Shown: in pieces, positions 23,901 to 33,300 of the stretch
Layout of the letters: each line of letters opens with the position of its first letter
Position numbering within the stretch: position 1 is the first letter of the stretch
Assembly: GCA_028826165.1 (NCBI GenBank)
Contig: JAPDFW010000074.1
Span: 1-64,000, forward strand
Origin: Anaeramoeba ignava BMAN
Taxonomy: Eukaryota; Protista; Anaeramoebae
Direction of reading: 5' to 3'
DNA length: 64,000 bases
Notes under the pieces: model-generated
Database searches by the model: none
The model's input: only the letters and a program-made list of their open reading frames with translations
Told to the model about the DNA's origin: nothing
Translations under genes and position numbers: made by a program

Positions 23901-24248
23901 ATAAACTGAAACACTCCATCCAAAATGAGTGCCTGGCTGATAGATATTTTGTTCCAGCTCAAAATTTGTTCCATTATATCTGTAAACAAATACTTGAGCT
24001 ACACCCTCAGCTCCAATAACAAGAACATCTTCATAAACTGAAACAGAGTTTCCAAAATATCCTGAACCTGAATAGTTGTTTATTAAACTCCAAAACCAGC
24101 CTTCGTCTGGAGTAGAATAATATCTTGTTGTTCCTATTTCTGCTTGTATTGTTGATATTAATGATGAAATGGATTTTGGTTGAGTTTGGATTGATTGAAT
24201 TAAGAAAATATTTATAATTAAGAAGAAAAAGAAAATATTTGATTTCAT
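21000..24248 (-). CDS. Type I membrane protein: FG-GAP-like beta-propeller, fibronectin-III-like repeats, TM helix, short basic tail
   Basis: Signal peptide; about 7 FG.SVSVY...IGA...YRYNGT.W repeats; FN3-like W...Y...Y.I.(I/V)R(A/G)C modules; TM IIVMGIVIPVVVIAAIIVVVVLM. Confidence 0.8.
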   Translation of the reverse strand: MKSNIFFFFLIINIFLIQSIQTQPKSISSLISTIQAEIGTTRYYSTPDEGWFWSLINNYSGSGYFGNSVSVYEDVLVIGAEGVAQVFVYRYNGTNFELEQNIYQPGTHFGWSVSVYKDALVIGNRLDAYKVDVYRYNGTYWNEEQMISQVAGQFGYFVSIYENVTVVGTYADTRVFVYRYNGTFWNQEQIITKSVTNFGSSVSVYDDVIAVGTYQTSQAFVYRYNGTFWNEEQSFSVALSWFGHSVSVYGNALAIGAAGPKQAYIYRYNETYWNQEQIINGPGSSSFGWSLSVYNDSLVVGAIDTKQGFIYRYNGTFWNEVQVFTQSSVTDFGYSVSIYKNFTAIGSQHGEQGFIYQHYLIPQVNILNCSSFFSSFDCYWDETEIPPTLKYQINYGYDWIDIDSPILEDGNVYYQQFNSSIYDNITGNEYYSIQIRACYNETMSCGEPSSSINLTTRIDSVKDFQLSNPSDYSINANWDYPNVQVDEGVAHLDHYNLSYFNQSDPDSISFFSVDNSSLSYLLENINCGYDYNISIWGCRTLECEGDDKGEVCESSISILFAQVPNLSCSISNLLDIDCSWDQPINCSIPDYYNFTYQAISQDDSGNYQSNSTNQHFKAQFPNQEYQINVSACPSNGNCGDITTTSITTGNLIAPTIYETIPKIEEIEFNFTKVSNANNYSISLDNGTNWQNFTSLDLSGNEVIGTLSEIAGNVQYNISIRGCVDSDCEPQYFGLPSSITSTRVILGNITSLNCSALPFGFECNWDALVLSSGLQAYSFNYNSTTICLTNLTTSVSISLLLPEEYYEISVYSSADENCLGSEYSGINSTTSITTSNLEVPTIYETIPKIEEIELNFTKVSNANNYSISLDNGTNWQNFTSLDLSGNEVIGTLSEIAGNVQYNISIRGCVDSDCEPQYFGLPSSITSTRVILGNITSLNCYSINYGFVCTWDALILSSGLARYSFRYGIVSICLPKSTTFYSASGLNGEEEYTIWVVASADENCLGSEYSGINSTTSLVPSIPTQTSASSSKTPIIVMGIVIPVVVIAAIIVVVVLMKKQKKSIKSIIKKKEKELQQSGGIEMI

Positions 24249-24839
24249 TTGCTTTTTTTAAAAGAAAAAAAAATTTATTTTTAGTTAATTCATTTTGTTT
24301 TAGGGGGCATAATTTAATAAATAATAAATAATAAAATTTTTCTTACTTTGGTTTTTGTGTTTTTGTGTTTTTTTGTTTTTTTTGGATTTGGTTCTTTTAA
24401 TAACCTAAAAAAGAATTAAAAAGAATTAAAAAGAATTAAAATTAGAAATAAGCAAAATTGATCAATTTTTGTTTTTCTTTATTTAAACTGAAAAATACTT
24501 TATTTATTTCAAAACAAAAAGATCCTAAAAAAAAAAAAAAAAAGAAAAAATGATCGATTTTTATTCTTTTTCAAACTTGATATTTTTCTTAATTTTTTTT
24601 GGTTGAATTAAATAAAAAAGAATAAACAAAACAAAAAATTTTTTTCTTTAATTAAAATTAAAAATAAAAAATAAAAATAAAAATCTTCTCTCATTTTTAA
24701 AAGCTTTGTGTTGTTTTATTTCTTCTTTTATTTCTTCTTTTAAAAATTCTTGTCATTTAAGTTTTTTTTATTTAATTAATCTTAATTCCCAAACTTGATC
24801 ATTTTTCTTAATTATTTTCTTTTTAAAAAAACAAATTTA

Positions 24840-25280
24840 TTATTAAAAATAATTTAATGTTTTAGATTTAAATATTTTAAAAATATAAAAATAAAAATAA
24901 TAACTTTTAATTTAATATTTAATTTATAAATTAATTTAAAAATATAATTTAATATTTAATTTTATTATTAAAATAATAATTTAATGTTTTAAATTTAAAT
25001 ATTTTATTATTTAAATATTTAACATAAAAATATAAAAAATAAGAATAAGTTTAATTTAATATTTAATTTATAAATTAATTTAAAAATATAATTTAATATT
25101 TAATTTTATTATTAAAATAATCATTTATTGTTTTAGATTTAAATATTTTATTATTTAAAATATTTAACATAAAAATATAAAAATAAGAATAGATTTAATT
25201 TAATATTTAATTTATAAATTAATTTAAAAAATATAATTTAAATATTTAGTTTCATGTTTTAAAATAATAATTTATTGTTT
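24840..25280. repeat. ~145-nt AT-only minisatellite, about 3 units, same family
   Basis: Same unit as 18455-18850 and 20330-20900. Confidence 0.75.
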
Positions 25281-25498
25281 TAATTTTGAAAAGAAAAGTA
25301 GGAATAAAATATTTTTAAATAAGAAATTTAAATGGAAATTAAATAATAATAAATAATAAATCAATTTCATTTAATATTTAATTTTATATTTAAATAATTT
25401 TATATTTTAATTTCATTTTGGGATTAATTTTAAGAAAAAAAATTTGTTCTTAATTTGAAAAATATTTTTCATTTTTTTAATCTTTTTTGAATTATTAA

Positions 25499-26625
25499 AT
25501 GGATCTTGATATACAAGCATTTGTAATTGATAATGGATCTGGTATGACAAAAATAGGATTTGCAGGAGATGATGCACCAAGAGCAATTTTCCCATCAATT
25601 GTTGAAAGACCAAGATATACAGGAATTATGATGGGAATGGACATGAGAATAAGTAAATATGTAGGAGAAGAAGCACAATCCAAAAGGGGAATATTAACAT
25701 TAAAATATCCAATAGAACGAGGAATAGTAACAAATTGGGATGATATGGAAAAATTATGGCATCATGCATTTTATAATGAAGTAAAAGTAGCACCTGAAGA
25801 ACATCCAATTTTATTAACTGAAGTTCCATTTAATCCAAAAAACAGAGAGAAAACAACTCAAATAATGTTTGAAACATTTAACATTCCAGCTTTTTATCTT
25901 GCAAATCAATCAGTTTTATCACTTTATGCTTCAGGAATATTAACAGGAATAGTTATTGAATCTGGTGATGGTGTTTCTCATATTGTCCCTATTTATGAAG
26001 GATATACTTTACCTCATGCAATTATGAGAATTGATTTGGCAGGAAGAGATTTGACTGATTATTTAATGAAAATTTTAACAGAAAGAGGATATTCATTTAC
26101 AACAAGTGCTGAAAGAGAAATTGTTAGAGATATCAAAGAAAAACTTTGTTATGTTGCTTTTGATTTTGATGAAGAAATGATCATTTCAAATAAATCTTCT
26201 TCTATTGAGAAAGATTATGAATTACCTGATGGACAAGTTATCACAATTGGAAATGAAAGATTTAGATGTCCAGAAGTTTTGTTTCAACCTTCTTTCTTTG
26301 GAATGGAGCAAAAGGTGTTCATCAAATAACTTATAATTCAATTCTAAAATGTGATAATGATATCAGAAAAGATCTTTATGCAAATATTGTTTTATCAGGT
26401 GGTTCAACAATGTTTCCTGGAATTGAAGAAAGAATTCAAAGAGAAATTAATCAATTAGCTCCTCCTGATATTAATGTTCGTGTTATTGATCCTCCTGAAA
26501 GAAAATATTCTGTTTGGATTGGAGGATCTATTTTGGCTTCTCTTTCTACTTTCCAAAATATGTGGATTTCAAAAGAAGAATATGAAGAATCTGGACCTTT
26601 AATTATTCATAGAAAATGTTTTTGA
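25499..26625 (+). CDS. ACT: Divergent actin paralog (1-nt frameshift near 26312)
   Basis: [60 protein letters not shown], then [12 protein letters not shown]...[14 protein letters not shown]...IIHRKCF in the adjacent frame. Confidence 0.9.
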
Positions 26626-26659
26626 AATCAAAAAATTTTTTCATTTTTTTCATTTCAAA

Positions 26660-27385
26660 ATGGAAAATTATTTAAATTTAGAAAAACTTTCAAATGATTT
26701 AAAAAATTTATTTCAAAATCAAAATCAAAATGAAAATCAAAATCAAAATGAAAGTTATTTTGATTTTCAAATAATTTGTGAACAAAATAAAACTTCATTT
26801 AAAACTCATAAATCAATTCTTTCATCAAGAAGTCAATATTTTAAATCTCTTTTTAATTCAAAAATGAAAGAATATCAAGAAAATAAATTAATTCTAAAAG
26901 ATGTTTCAAGTTCAATTCTATCTTCAATTTTGAATTATTTTTATTCAGGAAAAATTGAAATTAATTTAGAAAATGCAATTCAAATTTTAATTTTTTCATC
27001 AAAATATTTAATTGATGAATTAATTCAATTTTCATCAAATTTTATCAAAAAGAATTTACAATTTGAAACTATTATTGATATTCTTAAATTATCTGAATCA
27101 ATGAACTTAAATCAATTAACAGATTCTTGTTATAAATTTATTTCACAAAATTTTGAAGAATTTTCTAAAACTTCATTTTTTCTTGAACTTGAAGAAAATC
27201 ATTTAAATTCAATTTTATCAAATGATGAAATTCCAATAAATGAATTTGAACTTTTTCAAATGATCAAAAAAAAAAGAAATGCAAAATTATTTTGTGATTT
27301 TTTTTCTTTCTTAATTTGGATTTCAAAAAAAATGTTAAAACTGAATCAAATTTCTGATTATTTGTGTTGGGTTTGGAGAATTTGA
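26660..27385 (+). pseudogene. 3'-truncated duplicate of the BTB-BACK-TLDc gene at 35470
   Basis: Near-identical to 35470-36070 up to INEFELFQ (~27260), then runs into unrelated sequence (the 3' flank of the convergent gene). TLDc is absent. Confidence 0.7.
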
Positions 27386-27386
27386 T

Positions 27387-30300
27387 TTAATTCATTCTAA
27401 ATTGAGGATCATAAATTTCTTCATATAATTCATTCGCTAAATCTGCTAAATTTGGGTTTGATTGATTAAATTGAAAATAATCAATTGCTTTATCTAATTC
27501 TTTAATTGTTTCTTTTGTAATTTCAATTCCTTCTTGAATTTGATTTGAATAAACCCAATATTTCAAAATTTGGAATGCTTGATCACTTATTCCACTCAAA
27601 TCGGAAACTTTATTTGAGGTATCATTTGTTACTGTCAAAAACATGGATCTGAATAAATCACTTCTGGCTATCAAAATTAATTTATGGAATTTGATTTCTT
27701 CTGCATTTTTCTCAATAATGAAATCTTTGGTCGATTCATCATAATACATTTCTTCCATCGTTTCTCCTATTGATTCATATAAATTAAATTCGAATTGAAC
27801 TTCTTCTTTTAATTTTTGTGATTCAATTTTGATATTTCCGTAGATTAATTCAAATATTTGATTAGCTTCTTCAAAGGTTTTTTTTGAAATTAATTGTTTA
27901 AATTCTTCCATTTGACTCCCAATTCTGAAATAAACAATTAATTTATGTGCTTCAATCATTTCTCCATTAACTGTAGGAAAAGAAATATCACAAAATTCTT
28001 TCCTTCTGTAAAATTCAATTAGATCTTCTTCAAGACTTGAATAAAAAGATGAATAAAGAAACGAGGCTTCATTTCCACAATAAATATGGTAATTGGATAT
28101 ATCATATAATATTTCTGGAAGGTCAATATAAAATATTGTAAATTGAAATTTATTTAGTGTTTTTTTGATTGGATGCTTTACACTTTCTCCAAATCCGAGC
28201 AGCTTTCCATTTGTTGTTAATACTAATGTATGATATCGCCCCACTGAAATGGTATCAATATCATTATTTTCAAATAAGGGATATTTCAATTCAGTAAATT
28301 CTCTTGTAAGTTTTTTATTTTTTTGTCCAAGTCCATTGCACATATAATGGCCGCATGAATATAATTTTCTTTTTTGATTTTCATCTTCAATCAGCATAAT
28401 TGAATGAAATATCCCCATTTGAATATCAATTATTTTTCCTTTCGGGATATTTTTAACTTGTAATAGTTGTGTGATTTTTGATACTTCTCTTATTCCTAAT
28501 CCAAGTTGTCCGAAATCATTAGATCCACATGAAAACAATTCATGATTTAAAGTTGTAAGAAAAACCCCTTCTGAATTACTTCCTGAAAATATTTTAGAAA
28601 CATTTCTCATCATTAAAATGGGAATTGGTGTTTTTTTCAATTTGAAATAATCATATCCAAGTTGTCCAAATTGGTTTGAACCCATTCCAAGAGCATTTTC
28701 ATTTGAACTTAATAAATAAACAGAATCTTTTCCACAAACAATGTCTTTGATCATTCTATCATTTGAATCTTGAATTAGCGATGAAACATTACTAAATTTA
28801 TTTGGATTTGTGGATTTGATTTCTTTCCCTTTCACATATACATCGCCTTCCAAAGTTAAAATTGATTCGATATATCCTCCAACAGTGACTTTTTTGATTT
28901 CAATCCCTTTTTTAATTTCAATTTTTTGTATTTTTTCATTTTCATTTTCTCTTTTTGAATCTATCAACTTTGAATTTAATTGTTCAAATAATTCTCCATT
29001 TTGATAAAGGAAATTTTTGAAACGAGTTGAAGTATTGATTTGTTTAATTTGAAATTCATTTCGATTTTCATTTTCATTTTCATTTTCATTTTCATTTTGA
29101 GGTTGAGATTCAATTGGTTCCATTCTAATCTTTTGAAAAGGATTAAAAATGTTTGAAGGAAACATTGTGATATCAAATTGCCAAATATCATTTGGTTTTT
29201 CTTTTAATTTTTCTATTATTTTTTTTCAAAAAAAATTTCAAGTGATTAAGAGGTGATTTGATAGAAAAAAGATTTTTTTGGTTATATTTTGAATTTACCC
29301 TTTTTCAATTTTTTGATTCTTTCGATCCAAATATCAATTTTTGACGGAAAACTTGGAAGATCAAAAAATCGAGATTCGTATTGTTTCAGTTGTTCAATCG
29401 CCTCAAATCCTTTAGCTTTAATTAATTCAATTTGATTCTCTAGTGTTAATTTCAGTTTTTTTTTTCATCCCAAATTACTTCTCTTTGATTCTGTAATTTT
29501 TTATTTTTTTTTGAATTGATTACCATCTGAAAGACTAATATTCATTAGCGCTCGGAATCCAACCCTTTGGATTTGGATGGCACCTGGGAAATTATCCATT
29601 GATTTTATTATTGTTTCAATTCCTTTTTGTGTTCGAATTTCAATTTTCTTTTCTAAATTTTTTTTTGAAAGAAATCCTCATGATAATTCAATTTTCTTAT
29701 GTTTTTTGCTCGAAAAAAATCTTTTTACCTTCATGAGAAGAAGAATAATGAAATAAAGCTAAACATCCAGAACGTTGAATATCTTGATCAATTGGGAAAT
29801 TATTCATTGATTTGATAATAGTTTGAATTCCTTTTAATTTTCCAATTTCATCCCTATTTTCTGTTTTTATTTTGATTTTATTATTTATTACACAAAAAAA
29901 AAGGAAATTAAATCAAAATCAATTTTAAGTTTTGTTGAAATATAATTTTGAAATTTGAAATTTTGTTTTCATTAAAATTTACCTTCATTATAAACAGAAA
30001 TATTTGCTAAAGCTGAGCATCCATATTTTTGAATATCTTGATCGATTGGGAAATTATTCATTGATTTGATAATAATTTCAATTCCTTTTAATTTTACAGC
30101 TTCATTTACATTTCCTGATTTTATTTTGATTTTATTATTTATTACACAAAAAAAAAGGAAATTAAATCAAAATCAATTTTAAGTTTTGTTGAAATATAAT
30201 TTTGAGATTTGAAATTTTCTTTTCATTAAAATTTACCTTCATTATAAGCAGAAATGATCGCTAAAGTTAAACATCCATATTTTTGAATATCTTGATTAAT

Positions 30301-33300
30301 TGGGAAATTATTCATTGATTTGATAATAATTTCAATTCCTTTTAATTTTCCAATTTCATTTACATTTTCTGATTTATATTTTGATTTTATTATTTATTAC
30401 ACAAAAAAAAGGAAATTAAATCAAAATCAATTTTAAGTTTTTTTGAAATATAATTTTGAAATTTGAAATTTTCTTTTTATTAAAATTTACCTTCATTATG
30501 AGCAGAAATATTTGCTAAAGCTAAGCATCCAGAATGTTGAATATCTTGATTAATTGGGAAATTATTCATTAATTTGATAATAATTTCAATTCCTTTTAAT
30601 TTCCTAATTTCATTTTGATTTTCTGTTTTTATTTTTATTTTATTATTTATTACACAAAAAAAAGGAAATTAAATCAAAATCAATTTTAAGTTTTGTTGAA
30701 ATATAATTTTGAAATTTGAAATTTTCTTTTTATTAAAATTTACCTTCATTATTGTGAGCAATATTCCCTAAAGCTCCTGATCCATATTTTTGAATATCTT
30801 GATTAATTGGGAAATCATTCATTGATTTGATAATAATTTCAATCCCTTTTAATTTTCCAATTTCATTCGTATTTTCTGTTTTTATTTTGATTTTATTATT
30901 TATTACACAAAAAAAAAAGGAAATTAAATCAAAATCAATTTTAAGTTTTGTTGAAATATAATTTTGAAATTTGAAATTTTCTTTTCATTAAAATTTACCT
31001 TCATTATAAGCAGAAATGATCGCTAAAGTTAAACATCCATATTTTTGAATATCTTGATTAATTGAGAAATCATTCATTAATTTGATAATAATTTCAATTC
31101 CTTTTAATTTCCTAATTTCATTTTGATTTTCTGTTTTTATTTTGATTTTATTATTTATTACACAAAAAAAAGGAAATTAAATCAAAATAATTAGTTTTTT
31201 TGAAATGAAATTTTGAAATTTGAAATTTTGTTTTCATTAAAATTTACCTTCATTGTTGTCAGCAATATTTGCTAAAGCTAAGCATACATATTTTTGAATA
31301 TCTTGATTAATTGGGAAATTATTCATTAATTTGATAATAATTTCAATTCCTTTTAATTTCCTAATTTCATTTTGATTTTCTGTTTTTATTTTGATTTTAT
31401 TATTTATTACACAAAAAAAAGGAAATTAAATCAAAATTAATTAATTTTGAAATGAAATTTTGAAATTTGAAATTTTGTTTTCATTAAAATTTACCTTCAT
31501 TGTTGTGAGCAATATTTGCTAAAGCTGAACATCCAAAATGTTGAATATCTTGATCAATTGGGAAATTATTCATTGATTTAATAACAATTTCAATCCCTTT
31601 TAATTTCCTAATTTCATTTGCATTTTCTGATTTATTTTGATTTTATTATTTATTACACAAAAAAAAAAGGAAATTAAATCAAAATCAATTTTAAGTTTTG
31701 TTGAAATATAATTTTGAAATTTGAAATTTTGTTTTCATTAAAATTTACCTTCATTATAAGTAGAAATAATTGCTAAAGTTAAACATCCATATTTTTGAAT
31801 AATTTGATTAATTGGGAAATTATTCATTGATTTGATAATAGTTTGAATTCCTCTTAATTTTACAATTTCATTTACATTTTCTGATTTATTTTTATTTTAT
31901 TATTTATTACACAAAAAAAAGGAAATTAAATCAAAGTTAATTATTTTTGAAATGAAATTTTGAAATATGAAATTTTGTTTTCAATAAAATTTACCTTCAT
32001 TATGAGTAGAAATAATCGCTAAAGCTGAACATCCATTTTGTTGAATACCTTGATTGATTGGGAAATTATTCATTGATTTGATAATAATTTCAATCCCTCT
32101 TGATTTTACAGTTTCATTTACATTTTCTGTTTTTATTTTGATTTTATTATTTATTACACAAAAAAAAGGAAATTAAATCAAAGTTAATTATTTTTGAAAT
32201 GAAATTTTGAAATTTGAAATTTTGTTTTCATTAAAATTTACCTTTATTATGAGTAGAAGCAATCGCTAAAGTTAAACATCCATATTTTTGAATATCTTGA
32301 TTAATTGGAAAATCATTCATTGATTTGATAATAGTTTGAATTCCTTTTAATTTTCCAATTTCATTCCTATTTTCTGTTATTTTGATTTTATTATTTATTA
32401 CACAAAAAAAAGGAAATTAAATCAAAATTAATTAATTTTGAAATGAAATTTTGAAATCTTTTTATTATTGTTTTATTTTCAATAAAATTTACCTTCATTG
32501 TTGTCAGAAATATTCCCTAAAGCTAAACATCCATTTTGTTGGATATCTTGATTGATTGGGAAATCATTCATTGATTTAATAATAATTTCAATCCCTTTTA
32601 ATTTCCTAATCTCATTTTTATTTTCTGATTTATTTTGATTTTATTATTTATTACAAAAAAAAGGAAATTAAATCAAAGTTAATTAATTTTGAAATGAAAT
32701 TTTGAAATCTTTTTATTGTTTTATTTTCATTAAAATTTACCTTGATTATTATGAGCAATATTCCCTAAAGCTGAACATCCAAAATGTTGAATATCTTGAT
32801 TAATTGGGAAATCATTCATTAATTTGATAATAATTTCAATTCCTTTTAATTTCCTAATTTCGTTTACATTTTCTGATTTATTTTGATTTTATTATTTATT
32901 ACACAAAAAAAAGGAAATTAAATAAAAGTTAATTAATTTTGAAATATTTTTATTATTGTTTTATTTTCAATAAAATTTACCTTCATTGTTGTCAGAAATA
33001 TTCCCTAAAGCTGAACATCCATTTTGTTGAATACCTTGATTATTTGGGAAATTATTCATTGATTTAATAACAATTTCAATCCCTTTTAATTTCCTAATCT
33101 CATTTTTATTTTCTGATTTATTTTGATTTTATTATTTATTACAAAAAAAAAAGGAAATTAAATCAAAGTTAATTAATTTTGAAATGAAATTTTGAAATCT
33201 TTTTATTGTTTTGTTTTCAATAAAATTTACCTTGATTATTATGAGCAATATATCCTAAAGCTGAACATCCATTTTGTTGAATAGTGTGATTATTTGGGAA

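Noticed and set aside
29462-29470. Apparent in-frame TGA (readthrough or selenocysteine) in the linker between the ARM array and RCC1
   Set aside because: It disappears when the TAG acceptor at 29442-29440 is used, which also restores a repeat-like exon start (ENQIELIKAKG).
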